Of a stretch of 64,000 nt of DNA, positions 19,762 to 29,891 are shown in pieces; the stretch's first letter is position 1; the number at the start of each line of letters is the position of its first letter. Made by a program: the position numbers and the translations under genes. The stretch covers positions 26,455-90,454 of the forward strand of contig JBDHJR010000006.1 in assembly GCA_039586815.1 (NCBI GenBank), given 5' to 3'. The DNA comes from Gemmatimonadota bacterium (GTDB taxonomy: Bacteria; Gemmatimonadota; Gemmatimonadetes; Gemmatimonadales; GWC2-71-9). The notes beneath the pieces were generated by a model, which did not search any database, was not told the DNA's origin, and was given only the letters and a program-made list of their open reading frames with translations.

Positions 19762-20796
19762 TCATTGCCTTCTCTGTGCCATGTCCACCAGGTCGAGGAC
19801 GGGGTTCCCCAGGTACTGGGACCGCGCCGTGCGAACCCTTCCAATGATCACCAGCTCTGTGAGCGGCTCCAGCCGCTCTACCGCGATCAGCTGCTCGCTA
19901 TCCAGCACGACGTACACGAAGCCGGCTTCAGGCAGCGGGCCCCGGGCCAGCATGTAACGCTGCCCCTCCGGGATTTCCCGCCGCAACTCATCGGCACGCT
20001 GGATCGCGATGTACTCGAGGGTCCACTGCACCAGCCTCCCCTCGAACTCCTCCGGCTGCGAGCGCACCTCGGCGCCGCTCACACCAACCAGCACACCCGG
20101 TGACGACGGGCGCAGGTCGCTCTCGCGAATCCAACCCTCGGCCTGAACCCGCACCCACTCACCCGAGCGGGCGATGATGCGCACCGAAGCGTCGGCGCCC
20201 AGGGAGCCGGTCGGCGCGCCGTCGGGCGTCCGGTGCATCTCGGCCTCCCCCGCCGTGACCGCCCAGTCGAGCCCCACCGCGTCACTGTCTACCGGCGCTG
20301 CCGGTTGGGGGGCAGCGGTCGCCGGCTGGGCGCCCGCGCCGGCCCCGACCCGTTCGAGGGAGTTCCCCCACATCCATGCGCTGCGCCTCACGCGGATCCA
20401 GCCCGGCTGCCGCTGGACTTCCTCGAGCAGGGCGCCCGATTCGAGACGCGCCACGATGCTCCCGTTGGGCGCCGCACGCAGGTTTTCGCCGCTGGCCGCC
20501 GCCACACGCAGGTCGTAGCCCTGCGAGTCGCTGGCCTCCGTGGAGCGGGCCCAGATCCACCCCTCGAGGGTCACCGCCACCCATTGGCCCCGCGAGCTGT
20601 CACCCTGCATCCGCACCCCGGCATTCACCGTGGCCAGCAGGGCCGCACGGCCCGAGGGCTCGCGGCGGAGGTTCTCCGTGCTTATGACTCGGAGGTCCTG
20701 CTGCGCGGCGAGCCGTGCGGTGCCCGGCCACGCCGCGAGGAAAAGCAGAACCCCGCAGGCTGGTAGTGCTCGAAGGACGTGGCTAGATTGCCTCAT
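19762..20796 (-). CDS. Secreted protein with three SH3-like repeats
   Basis: Signal peptide; three (E)NLR..P.G...W..V...GW units. Confidence 0.75.
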   Translation of the reverse strand: MRQSSHVLRALPACGVLLFLAAWPGTARLAAQQDLRVISTENLRREPSGRAALLATVNAGVRMQGDSSRGQWVAVTLEGWIWARSTEASDSQGYDLRVAAASGENLRAAPNGSIVARLESGALLEEVQRQPGWIRVRRSAWMWGNSLERVGAGAGAQPATAAPQPAAPVDSDAVGLDWAVTAGEAEMHRTPDGAPTGSLGADASVRIIARSGEWVRVQAEGWIRESDLRPSSPGVLVGVSGAEVRSQPEEFEGRLVQWTLEYIAIQRADELRREIPEGQRYMLARGPLPEAGFVYVVLDSEQLIAVERLEPLTELVIIGRVRTARSQYLGNPVLDLVDMAQRRQ

Positions 20797-20859
20797 TCTC
20801 GTACCCGAGGGGATTGTAGGAAGAACCCCGGTCCCGTATCAATTTACATCGGGAGCAAT

Positions 20860-21570
20860 ATGAGACACCTAATCGGGGCGGCAACGGCCGCCCTGCTCGT
20901 CCTCTGGCCGGGAACGGGCGCAGCCCAGGTAGGGCACGACCCGGCCTCTTCACCCTACCGCGACATTTTCGGGAAGTGGACGCTCGGGGTGGAGGGAGGG
21001 TACGCCAGCGGCTCGGGCGGGAGCGCCGGTGTGGGACCGACCGACGGCCCGTTCGGCGGCCTGCGGTTGGACATGCACCTGACGGGACCCGGAAACGCCG
21101 GGTTCGAGTTGCTCTACGCCAGCCTGGACCGCCTGATAATAGATCCCGCCCTGCCCCCGGACGAGCGCGAGCTGGGGACTGAGAAGCAGTCGATCATATA
21201 CCTCATGGCCGGAATGGGCCTCCACTTCACGGGCCGCAAGACGTGGCACCGCCTGGAGCCGTTCATTGGGGCGTCCATCGGTCTGGCGTTCGGCGGCGAG
21301 GTTCAGGGTGACTCCACCGTGTTCGACCCGTTCGAGTTCAACACTAAGTTCGTGGTTGCACCCTGGGCCGGCGTTCGCCTGCACTTGTCGAGGCGACTCT
21401 CCCTGCGCATCGAAGCGCGCGACATGATCTGGCAGCTCAGCTACCCCAACTCGTTCTTCGAGCCGCCCGAAGCGGGCGGTCCGCCGGTGCTCAATCCGCT
21501 CGTCCAGGGCACCACCGAGTGGACGCACAACTTCTGGTTCATCGGCGTGCTGGGGTACACCATCTCCTAA
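20860..21570 (+). CDS. Outer-membrane beta-barrel protein
   Basis: Signal peptide (GAA-Q), alternating amphipathic strands, EPFIGASIGL, C-terminal FIGVLGYTIS. Confidence 0.75.
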   Translation: MRHLIGAATAALLVLWPGTGAAQVGHDPASSPYRDIFGKWTLGVEGGYASGSGGSAGVGPTDGPFGGLRLDMHLTGPGNAGFELLYASLDRLIIDPALPPDERELGTEKQSIIYLMAGMGLHFTGRKTWHRLEPFIGASIGLAFGGEVQGDSTVFDPFEFNTKFVVAPWAGVRLHLSRRLSLRIEARDMIWQLSYPNSFFEPPEAGGPPVLNPLVQGTTEWTHNFWFIGVLGYTIS

Positions 21571-21576
21571 CAGCTC

Positions 21577-22272
21577 TTGGACTTCTTCGCGGACGGCCTG
21601 CGGCGCGGCGTCGAGCTCATCCTGGGCGGTGACGCCGAAGTCTTCGACATCACCCTCCTCTCCATCAGGGTTGCGCTGATCTCGACCATCCTTGCCTGCG
21701 GCGTGGGAGTGCCCGCGGGCTTCCTCGTGGGCACGACGCGGTTCTGGGGCAGGCGCGCCGCAATCACTGTACTGAACACGATGCTCGCGTTTCCCACTGT
21801 GGTCGTGGGCGTGCTCGTCTGGGGGCTGTTGGCGCGAAGCGGTCCCTTCGGCGGCGCGGGACTGCTCTACACGTGGTGGGCCATCGTCATCGCCGAGGTC
21901 GTGCTGGCGGCTCCGATTGCCGCCGCCCTGACCGCTGCCGCGGTTCAAGGGATCGACCCGCGGGTGCGACGTACCGCGCTCACACTCGGCGCGAGTCCGT
22001 GGCATGCCCACCTCGCGGTGGCCCGGGCTGCACGCTATGCACTGGCCACTGCCGTGGTCGTGGCGTTCGGCCGCGTCCTGGCCGAGGTGGGAGCGGCCAT
22101 GATCGTGGGTGGGAACATCCGCCACTACAGCCGGACTCTCACGACCGCCGTGGCCCTGGCCACGTCGCAGGGTGACTTCGCCCTGGCCATGGCGCTCGGA
22201 CTGGTGCTGCTGGCACTGGCGCTCACCGTGAACGTGTTGCTGCAACTGTTTCAGGGACGGGGCGATGCTTGA
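21577..22272 (+). CDS. tupB: Tungstate ABC transporter permease
   Basis: PTVVVGVLVW, FGRVLAEVGAAMIVGGNI, RTLTTA. Confidence 0.88.
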   Translation: MDFFADGLRRGVELILGGDAEVFDITLLSIRVALISTILACGVGVPAGFLVGTTRFWGRRAAITVLNTMLAFPTVVVGVLVWGLLARSGPFGGAGLLYTWWAIVIAEVVLAAPIAAALTAAAVQGIDPRVRRTALTLGASPWHAHLAVARAARYALATAVVVAFGRVLAEVGAAMIVGGNIRHYSRTLTTAVALATSQGDFALAMALGLVLLALALTVNVLLQLFQGRGDA

Positions 22273-23260
22273 GGCACTGGGCATCGAGCACGGGTACGCC
22301 GGGCGCACTGTCCTCACCGTCGAGGCGTTGGAGCTGGAGCGCGGGACGGCAACCGCCCTCGTCGGGCCCAACGGATCGGGAAAGAGCACGCTGCTGCGGC
22401 TGCTCGCGTTCCTCGAGCGCCCGCGAGTGGGCGCCATCATGCTGGACGGGAGTCTCGTCGTAGGACGACGCGAGCGGCAGGCGGCCCGGCGCCGGATCAC
22501 CATGGTGGAACAGCACCCCTACCTGTTCTCGGGCAGCGTACGGCGGAATCTGCTGTACGCCCTCGCGCTGCACGGTGAGCGTGGCGAAGCGGCGGCGCGC
22601 CGTGCGGGAGCCGCACTCGAGCGGCTGCAGGTGTCGCACCTGGCGGAGCGCCCCGCTCGCGATCTGAGCGCGGGAGAGGCACAACGAGTGGCGGTGGCGC
22701 GAGCGCTGAGTCTCGAGCCGTCGGTGCTGCTGCTGGACGAGCCGGCCGGAGTCACCGACAGGGCGGCGACCGCGCAGCTGTACCGAGTGCTCGAGGAGGA
22801 GCGGATGAGCGGCACCACGCTGTGCTTCGCGTCGCATCAACTGGAGGACGCCTACCGCTGGTCGGACCGTCTCATCGCACTGGCCGAGGGACAGGCCAGC
22901 CGGGTGACGCCCGAGAACCTGTTCCGCGCCGACGTCCCCGGCGGCAGCGGACCGAAAACGGTGCTCGCGGGCCCGCTCGAAGTGCAGGTTGTGACCGACA
23001 AGGCCGGCCCCTCGACGATCGCCATCCCGGCCGACGAAATCCTGGTGAGTCGTGAGCCGCTGCACTCCAGTGCGCGCAACGAGTTTCGCGGCAAGGTCAA
23101 GCGAATCGCAGACGATGGGCGCGGGGGTGTCACGCTCATGGTAGACGTGGGCGTGGATCTCGCCGCGCGCGTTACGCCTCGAGCCCTGGAGGAACTCGGC
23201 ATCGGACTCGGCGACGAGGTGGTGCTCGCCGTCAAGGCGCTGGCCGTGCAGGTCTTCTGA
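22265..23260 (+). CDS. tupC: Tungstate/molybdate ABC ATPase with TOBE domain
   Basis: GPNGSGKST, LSAGEAQR, LLLDEP, SSARN TOBE motif. Confidence 0.85.
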   Translation: MLEALGIEHGYAGRTVLTVEALELERGTATALVGPNGSGKSTLLRLLAFLERPRVGAIMLDGSLVVGRRERQAARRRITMVEQHPYLFSGSVRRNLLYALALHGERGEAAARRAGAALERLQVSHLAERPARDLSAGEAQRVAVARALSLEPSVLLLDEPAGVTDRAATAQLYRVLEEERMSGTTLCFASHQLEDAYRWSDRLIALAEGQASRVTPENLFRADVPGGSGPKTVLAGPLEVQVVTDKAGPSTIAIPADEILVSREPLHSSARNEFRGKVKRIADDGRGGVTLMVDVGVDLAARVTPRALEELGIGLGDEVVLAVKALAVQVF

Positions 23261-23280
23261 TTCATCACTACATTCCCGAC

Positions 23281-23697
23281 ATGCCTACCGTGCGCCTGAC
23301 ACGTGTCGTTGTCTTCAGCGCCGCGCACCGCTACTTCCGACCCGATTGGTCTCCGGAGCAGAACGCCGAAGTGTTCGGCGCCTGCGCCGAGGAGCACGAC
23401 CACCGCTACGAATGTCACGTGACGGTGGCGGGCCCCATGGACGAAGAGACGGCCATGATACTCCGGTTGGACGACCTCGACCGGGTGCTGGGCGAGGAGA
23501 TCACCGAGCGGTTGGACCAGAAGAACATCAACCGCGACGTCCCGGACTTCGCCCCGGGGAAGCAACTTCCCACTTGCGAAGCACTGGCCGTTCACCTGTG
23601 GGGGCGCCTTGAGCCGCGTCTTCCGGTGGGGGTCCGCCTGGAGCGCGTACGCGTGCAGGAGGATCCAAGCCTGTTCGCCGAGTACGACGGTGCGTAG
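23281..23697 (+). CDS. queD: 6-carboxytetrahydropterin synthase/PTPS family protein
   Basis: FSAAH, FGACAEEHDHRY, PTCEAL; T-fold size. Confidence 0.75.
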   Translation: MPTVRLTRVVVFSAAHRYFRPDWSPEQNAEVFGACAEEHDHRYECHVTVAGPMDEETAMILRLDDLDRVLGEEITERLDQKNINRDVPDFAPGKQLPTCEALAVHLWGRLEPRLPVGVRLERVRVQEDPSLFAEYDGA

Positions 23698-24301
23698 CGC
23701 AGTGCTGGCGGGCGGGGCTGCCAGCCGCTTCGGCGGCCGCCCCAAGGGACTGGAGCTGGTGGGAGGGGAGCGGCTGCTGGACCGAGTGGTGCAAACCGTG
23801 CGCGCGGCGACCGGGACCGATCCCCTGCTCGTCGCCAACGATCCCGACGCGAGCCAGTGGTACCCTGGACTCGAGGTGACGGCCGACCTCATTCCCAACT
23901 GCGGCTCCCTCGGGGGGATCTACACCGCCGTCGCTGCCGGCGAGGGACCAGTTCTGGTTGTGGCGTGGGACATGCCGTTCGTCACGGCCGAGCTGCTGCG
24001 CGCGCTCGTCGGGGGCTGGGAGGGCAACGATGCGTTCCTGCCCGAGAGCCGGGGACCCCTGGGCGTCGAGCCGTTGTGCGCCGTGTACGGACCCGCCTGC
24101 AAGGAACCCATCAAGCAGAGTATGGACGTGGAAGATCTCCGAACCACGGCGTTCCACACCGCCGTGCGCGTCGGCTCACTCCCGGTCGATCAGGTCGCGA
24201 CATTGGGCGACCCCGAAACGCTGTTCTTCAACGTCAACGATCCCGATCAGCTCCAGGCGGCCGAGTCCATGTGGCGCAAGCAGCAGGCCTCGGCTCGATA
24301 G
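23690..24301 (+). CDS. mobA: Molybdenum cofactor guanylyltransferase
   Basis: LAGGAASRFG..K, GSLGGI, DMPF, EPLCAVY, FNVN. Confidence 0.92.
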   Translation: MRSAVLAGGAASRFGGRPKGLELVGGERLLDRVVQTVRAATGTDPLLVANDPDASQWYPGLEVTADLIPNCGSLGGIYTAVAAGEGPVLVVAWDMPFVTAELLRALVGGWEGNDAFLPESRGPLGVEPLCAVYGPACKEPIKQSMDVEDLRTTAFHTAVRVGSLPVDQVATLGDPETLFFNVNDPDQLQAAESMWRKQQASAR

Positions 24302-24317
24302 CGCGGCGCCATCTTCC

Positions 24318-25571
24318 ATGAATGCAGCCCCACACACTCGCCTGACCCCGTCCGAGGCTTCGCGCGCCGTCATGGCCGAGATCGAGCCGCTGGAGCATGA
24401 GCAGGTGGCCCTGGGGGACTCGCTGGGGCGGGTGTTGGCAGCAGATGTCACCAGCCCGGTAGATCTGCCGCCATGGGACAACTCGGCCATGGACGGATAC
24501 GCGGTGCGCGCCGCGGACCTGAGCGCGGGAGCGGAGTTGCGGATAGTCGAGACCGTACCCGCCGGGGGCTCTCCGACGCGGAAATTGGGGCCGGGTGAGT
24601 GCGCCCGCATCTTCACCGGCGCACCGGTGCCGCAGGGCGCCGATTCGGTCATTCGCCAGGAACACACGACCGCACTGGAAGGCGACCGGGTGCGCGTAGA
24701 CGACGCGCACGACGCTGGGCGCAACGTGAGGCCGCGCGCAGAGGACATGGCGGCGGGCAGCGTGGCGCTCGAGGCGGGGACCGAGATTGGACCGGCCCAA
24801 ATGGCGCTACTCGCCTCGATGGCCAACTTCACGGTCGAGGTGCACCGCAGGCCCACCGTGGCGATCCTCTCAACCGGTGACGAGGTCGCCGACGAGGACG
24901 AACGCGAGGAGATCCTGAGCGGCCGCAAGATCGCATCCTCGAATACCTATGGGATGGCTGCAGCGGCCATCGCGGCGGGGGCTGACGCGCTCAGCCTGGG
25001 CATCGCACGCGACGACCCGACGGAGATACGCGACCGACTGGAACTCGCGCACACCGCCGATCTGCTGGTGACCTCGGGCGGCATGAGCGTGGGAGAGCAC
25101 GACCACCTGCGCGCGATCCTGGAGGAGTCGGGTGACGCGATGCGCTTCTGGCGCCTGCGCTCCAGGCCGGGGGCGCCGGTGGGTTTCGGCGTGCTGGAGA
25201 GCTTGCCGTGGCTCGGGCTCCCGGGAAACCCGGTGAGCGCCATGGTCACGTTCGAGCTGTTCGCGCGACCGGCGATTCGCAAGCTACTGGGACACCGCGA
25301 GCCGTTTCGGCGCGCAGTACCGGTGGTGATGGGCGAGCAGATCGAGACGCCGGCCCGGCTCACGCACTTCCTGCGCGTCACGCTTTCGCAGGAGGGGGAC
25401 GCGCTCGTTGCGCGCCTCACCGGACCTCAGGGATCGGGGTTGCTGTCGTCGATGGCGAAGGCGCAGGCGCTGCTGATCGTGCCGGAGGAGGTGGACGAGG
25501 CGGCTCCGGGTGAGGCACTCCGGGCGATCCGGCTGGACGAGGTGGCGCACCAGGAGCAGGCGCCCTTCTGA
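24318..25571 (+). CDS. moeA: Molybdopterin molybdotransferase
   Basis: SAMDGYA, IFTGAPVP, STGDEV, TSGGMSVG, GLPGNPVS. Confidence 0.95.
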   Translation: MNAAPHTRLTPSEASRAVMAEIEPLEHEQVALGDSLGRVLAADVTSPVDLPPWDNSAMDGYAVRAADLSAGAELRIVETVPAGGSPTRKLGPGECARIFTGAPVPQGADSVIRQEHTTALEGDRVRVDDAHDAGRNVRPRAEDMAAGSVALEAGTEIGPAQMALLASMANFTVEVHRRPTVAILSTGDEVADEDEREEILSGRKIASSNTYGMAAAAIAAGADALSLGIARDDPTEIRDRLELAHTADLLVTSGGMSVGEHDHLRAILEESGDAMRFWRLRSRPGAPVGFGVLESLPWLGLPGNPVSAMVTFELFARPAIRKLLGHREPFRRAVPVVMGEQIETPARLTHFLRVTLSQEGDALVARLTGPQGSGLLSSMAKAQALLIVPEEVDEAAPGEALRAIRLDEVAHQEQAPF

Positions 25572-25635
25572 GGGCACACCGCCAGTTGCGGAACTAGGGC
25601 ACCACCACGTCTGTATACCCAGTGGGAGGAGTGGA

Positions 25636-26418
25636 ATGGGACCCTCAAGATCCGGCGTATCTAGACGCGATTTCCTCAAGACCGGCCTGGCCGCTCTGGC
25701 CACTCCGGTGCTGGCCGGTTGCAAAATCGAACCCCTGGGGAATCCGGATGCCGGCCCGGTAGCGGACCCCAAGCTCACGGCCCAGCCGGGAGAGCCGTCC
25801 TTCACCCCCACCATAGGCCTCAGCTCCATGGGCACCGGGCGAGTGGGCAGCGCCGTCATGTACGTGCCGGCGAGCTACTCCCCCGACACACCCGCCCCGC
25901 TGTTCGTCGGGCTCCACGGCGCCGGCGGTAGTGGGAGCGACTGGGTCAGCTACCATGCGCGCGCCGAGGAACGCGGCATGGTGTTCGTGGCTCCCGACTC
26001 GGTCTCCCACACCTGGGATCTGGTGGCCGGCAACTTCGGCCCGGACGTCCGTTTCCTCGATCGCGCGCTGCACCACACCTTCGAGCGCTGCCTCATCGAC
26101 CCAGCCAGGATAGCGATCGGGGGATTCTCCGACGGAGCGTCGTATGCACTCTCGATGGGGGCCATCAACGGCGACCTGTTCAGCCACCTCGTAGGCTACT
26201 CGCCCGGGTTCTGGAGGGCCCCCGAGCGAGTAGGGCTGCCGCAGGTCTACATCTCCCACGGCACGGAGGATACGATCCTCCCCGTCGGCCTGAGTCGCGA
26301 CACCATCGTGCCTACCATGCGCGACAGAGGCTACGACGTCACGTACCAGGAGTTCGAAGGGGGCCATCAGGTGCCCGCGGAGGTCTCCGAGGGAGCACTC
26401 GATTGGTTCCTGCAGTGA
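25636..26418 (+). CDS. Tat-exported lipoprotein esterase (phospholipase/carboxylesterase family)
   Basis: SRRDFLK Tat motif, LAGC lipobox, LHGAGG, GFSDG nucleophile, HGTED, GGH. Confidence 0.85.
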   Translation: MGPSRSGVSRRDFLKTGLAALATPVLAGCKIEPLGNPDAGPVADPKLTAQPGEPSFTPTIGLSSMGTGRVGSAVMYVPASYSPDTPAPLFVGLHGAGGSGSDWVSYHARAEERGMVFVAPDSVSHTWDLVAGNFGPDVRFLDRALHHTFERCLIDPARIAIGGFSDGASYALSMGAINGDLFSHLVGYSPGFWRAPERVGLPQVYISHGTEDTILPVGLSRDTIVPTMRDRGYDVTYQEFEGGHQVPAEVSEGALDWFLQ

Positions 26419-26435
26419 GCTGAGCGCGCCGCGGT

Positions 26436-28094
26436 CTACATTCGCTTGTACTGCGGCCCCGCCCCACCCTCACGCGGCGTCCAGCGCGGCCCCACCACGT
26501 CGGTAGCCTTGCAGTCCACGCAGTTGGGAGCGTTCACCACCAGCTTTCCGTCGCTCACCTCATACACGCCCGCGGGGCACATCTGGGCGTAGAACTCGGC
26601 CACGTCTGACGGCACGTTCTCGCCGACGATGACGTGACTCGGGATGGTGTCGCGGGTCGCGTTTCCCGATTTGAAGACAGCATCCACCTTGCTGTAGGTG
26701 AGCTTGCCGTCGTAGGTAACGGGATGCACGGCGCCGGGACGGCGTGACGCCGTGGAATCCGGCTCCATGTCGATCCGCCCACCCGGAAAGCGCCCCCCCG
26801 TGAAGGTGGCCAGTCCCGCCTTGAGCGCCCCCTTCCAGAAGCCGTCCTTGAACGCCGGGCGCACGTTGCGGGTGCGGTACAGGTCGTCGCGGATGTAGGA
26901 GTCGCCCACCAGGCGATCGTACTTGGTGAGCCGCGCCTGCGTAGTGTCGCCCGCCTTCAGCGCCTCGAATATGGCGCGCGCCGCGTACATACCCGACTGC
27001 ATGGCGTAGTGCACTCCCTTGAGGGAGGGCACGTCCACGAACCCCGCCGAATCTCCCAGGATCACGACACCATCGCCCGAGAGCCGCTGCGGCAGCCCGA
27101 AGTAACCCCCCTCCGGAATCGTCTTGGCGCCCCACTCCACGAGTTCGCCACCCTCGAGGTATTGTCGGAAGAGCGGGTGCCCCTTCATGCGCTGCAGCCG
27201 GTCGTGCACGTCGAAGGTGCGATCCGCATAGTCGAGCCCCACCACGAGTCCCAGCGCCGCCACTTGGGGCTCCAGCGGGTACATGAAGCTCCCCCCGAAC
27301 GCGTCCGTCGGCAGCGGCCAGCCCATGGTGTGGATCACCCGGTCGAGCGGCCGCTCGAGCTCCCAGAGCTCCTTCACGCCGAGCGCGTAGATCTGCGGGT
27401 TCTCGGAGCCGATGTCCTGCCACTCGAGGTATGCCTGGGCCAGCATGCCGCGCGTGCCCTCGGCAAGCGCCGTCACCTGCGCCACTATGTCGGCAGGCGG
27501 CATGTAGCCGGAAAGCTGCTCGCCGTCGCGCCCCAATCCGGTGGCCACGGTGCGCACCCCGAGCACACGATCACCTTCAGTGAGCAGCGCGCCCGCCGGG
27601 AAGCCGGGCAGCACGTCCACGCCCAGCTCCTGCGCCTTCTCTCCCAGCCAGCGCACGATCTCGCAGATCGAGCTCACGTAGTTGCCATGATTGCGCATGG
27701 TGGGCGGCGTTGGCAGGCGCCGGGCCCTTTTCTGGGAGAGCCAGTAGAGCGATTCCTTGGCCACCGGCGCACCGAAGGGGAAGTCGCCGTCGCTCAGCTC
27801 GGGGAACAGCTCGCGGAAGGCGCGAGGGTTCACTACCGCACCGGAGAGTGAGTGCTCGCCGAGAGAGGCCGCCTTCTCGAGCACGCCTATGGTCACCTCG
27901 CCCATCCCGTCACCCGATTCGTTGTCTCGCTGGACTAGCTGGGCGAGGTGGATGGCGCCGGCGAGGCCGGCGGGACCCGCACCGACGAAGACCACGTCCA
28001 TGTCGATGCGCTCCGCACCCGGGGCCTCGGTGAGAACGAGCCGCTCGCGGGGGAGGTCGGGCTGGTGCTCCGCGGGAATGAGTCGTCCCGCCAT
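26436..28094 (-). CDS. ETF:quinone oxidoreductase
   Basis: VGAGPAGL FAD motif, LGVKELW, KTIPEGG, C-terminal CPAGVY/CVDCKA; follows etfA. Confidence 0.92.
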   Translation of the reverse strand: MAGRLIPAEHQPDLPRERLVLTEAPGAERIDMDVVFVGAGPAGLAGAIHLAQLVQRDNESGDGMGEVTIGVLEKAASLGEHSLSGAVVNPRAFRELFPELSDGDFPFGAPVAKESLYWLSQKRARRLPTPPTMRNHGNYVSSICEIVRWLGEKAQELGVDVLPGFPAGALLTEGDRVLGVRTVATGLGRDGEQLSGYMPPADIVAQVTALAEGTRGMLAQAYLEWQDIGSENPQIYALGVKELWELERPLDRVIHTMGWPLPTDAFGGSFMYPLEPQVAALGLVVGLDYADRTFDVHDRLQRMKGHPLFRQYLEGGELVEWGAKTIPEGGYFGLPQRLSGDGVVILGDSAGFVDVPSLKGVHYAMQSGMYAARAIFEALKAGDTTQARLTKYDRLVGDSYIRDDLYRTRNVRPAFKDGFWKGALKAGLATFTGGRFPGGRIDMEPDSTASRRPGAVHPVTYDGKLTYSKVDAVFKSGNATRDTIPSHVIVGENVPSDVAEFYAQMCPAGVYEVSDGKLVVNAPNCVDCKATDVVGPRWTPREGGAGPQYKRM

Positions 28095-28097
28095 GGG

Positions 28098-29066
28098 TCA
28101 GCCCTCCTTGGCTTGCTTGATCTCCTGGGTCAGACGCGGCACGACCTCGAACAGATCTCCCACGATGCCGTAGTCGGCCACCTTGAAGATCGGCGCGTCC
28201 GGATCCTTGTTGACCGCCACGATGGTCTTGGCAGTGCGGATGCCCGCCAGGTGCTGGATCGCTCCCGAGATCCCGATGGCGAAGTAGAGATTGGGGCTCA
28301 CCACCTTGCCGGTCTGCCCCACCTGCTCCGAGTGCGACCGCCACCCTGCGTCCACTACCGCTCGGGACGCACCCACCGCACCGCCGACCGCCTCAGCCAG
28401 ATCCTCGATCAGCTTGAAGCTCTCCGCGTCCCTGAGGCCACGGCCGCCGGCCACGACCACCGACGCCTCGGCCACGTCCTGCGCCGCACGGTCGGGCTGT
28501 TTGATCTCGAGCGTCTTGGCGGCCGTCCTGTCACTCTCAGCCGCGGCCGCCTGCTCGTCCGTCGCGTCCCGCTTCGCTTCAACCGGCATGACCGCATTGG
28601 GCCGCAGCGACACGACACAAGGGGTCGCGGTGACCTTGAGGGTGTAGTCGGCCTTGCCCGCGTACACCGGACGCGTCACCACCACGCCGCCGTCGTGCCG
28701 CACGCTGGTCACGTCGGACGCAAACGGGCAATCCAGCTTGGCGGCGATCCGGGGGGCGAGGTCTTTGCCGAGTGCCGTGGCCGGTACGATTGCCGCTGCA
28801 TAGTCGTCCGATCCGACCTGAGCCGCCGCTATCTGCGCGTACTGGTCGGCCTGGTACAACGTCAGCGCGTCGTCCGCCGCGACGAAGACCTTGTCCGCTC
28901 CGTAGGTTCCCACGTCACCGGCGTCGATTCCCGCGGGACCGATGACCAGCGCATGCGCTTCGCCCCCAAGCGCGTCTGCCAGCGCCCTGGCCGCGGTGAG
29001 CGCCTCGTAGGAAACGCGTTTCAGCGTGCCGTCACGCTGCTCGAGCACTGCGATCACGCCCGCCAT
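28098..29066 (-). CDS. etfA: Electron transfer flavoprotein alpha subunit
   Basis: [32 protein letters not shown]. Confidence 0.96.
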   Translation of the reverse strand: MAGVIAVLEQRDGTLKRVSYEALTAARALADALGGEAHALVIGPAGIDAGDVGTYGADKVFVAADDALTLYQADQYAQIAAAQVGSDDYAAAIVPATALGKDLAPRIAAKLDCPFASDVTSVRHDGGVVVTRPVYAGKADYTLKVTATPCVVSLRPNAVMPVEAKRDATDEQAAAAESDRTAAKTLEIKQPDRAAQDVAEASVVVAGGRGLRDAESFKLIEDLAEAVGGAVGASRAVVDAGWRSHSEQVGQTGKVVSPNLYFAIGISGAIQHLAGIRTAKTIVAVNKDPDAPIFKVADYGIVGDLFEVVPRLTQEIKQAKEG

Positions 29067-29818
29067 CAGAGCACCTTCGCTTCGTTGCGCAGCGCTTCGA
29101 TCAATGCAGGCACCGCGTCCGCCCCCTCTCCCACGATCCGCCCCGCCTTCCGTTCGGCGGGAGGAGCGAGGTTCACCACTTCGATGCCACCCGACTCGAG
29201 CGCCGCGTCCTTCACCTCCAGCGGCTTCTTCTTCGCCATCATGATACCGCGCAGCGCCGGATAGCGCGGCTCGTTGAGACCCTTGTCTGCAGTGATCACG
29301 GCCGGGAGCCCGAACTCGACCACCTCCACACCGCCCTCGATCTCCCGTTCCGCCTTGCCCCCACCCTCGCCCATTTCCAGGTGCGCCGCCGCAGACACGC
29401 ACTGCATGCCGAGCAGTTCCGCCACCATCGGGCCCACCGCGTGGCTTGAGTCGTCGATCGCCATCTTGCCGAGCAGTACCAGATCGTAGCCGCCGTCCTT
29501 CAGCTCGCCCGCGAGTGCCTTTGCCACCGGCAGGGGATCGAGCCCCACCTTGTCGGCTTTGAGCAGAACTCCCGTGTCGGCCCCCATGGCAAGGGCGGTG
29601 CGGATCGTCTCCTGCGCGGCTTCCGGCCCCACACAGACGATTACCACCTCGCCGGAGCCGCCCGCTTCCTTCAGCTTGAGCGCCTCTTCGACAGCGTATT
29701 CATCGTAGGGATTGAGGACGAACTTCACGCCGGCCTCGTCGATGGCCTTACCATCGGCGCCGACTTTGATGCGGGCCTCCGAGTCGGGAACCCGCTTGAC
29801 GCACACTGCGATCTTCAC
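29066..29818 (-). CDS. etfB: Electron transfer flavoprotein beta subunit
   Basis: CVKRVPD, NPYDEYAVEEA, ALAMGAD, NEPRY. Confidence 0.96.
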   Translation of the reverse strand: MKIAVCVKRVPDSEARIKVGADGKAIDEAGVKFVLNPYDEYAVEEALKLKEAGGSGEVVIVCVGPEAAQETIRTALAMGADTGVLLKADKVGLDPLPVAKALAGELKDGGYDLVLLGKMAIDDSSHAVGPMVAELLGMQCVSAAAHLEMGEGGGKAEREIEGGVEVVEFGLPAVITADKGLNEPRYPALRGIMMAKKKPLEVKDAALESGGIEVVNLAPPAERKAGRIVGEGADAVPALIEALRNEAKVL

Positions 29819-29857
29819 GCGAGCCTCTTCGATGTCTTCGGGTTGGACAGCGCCGTG

Positions 29858-29886
29858 AAACTACTCCTCCGGCGACGGCGTCGCAA
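29858..29886 (-). promoter_or_regulatory. Putative sigma70 promoter for etfBA, TTGCGA-N17-TAGTTT
   Basis: Hexamers with 17-nt spacing about 40 nt upstream of the etfB start. Confidence 0.45.
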
Positions 29887-29891
29887 CGCGA

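Noticed and set aside
29856-29882. TGAAAC-N17-CGTC ECF-like motif on the plus strand
   Set aside because: Points antisense to all neighbouring genes and coincides with a plausible minus-strand sigma70 promoter for etfB; probably chance
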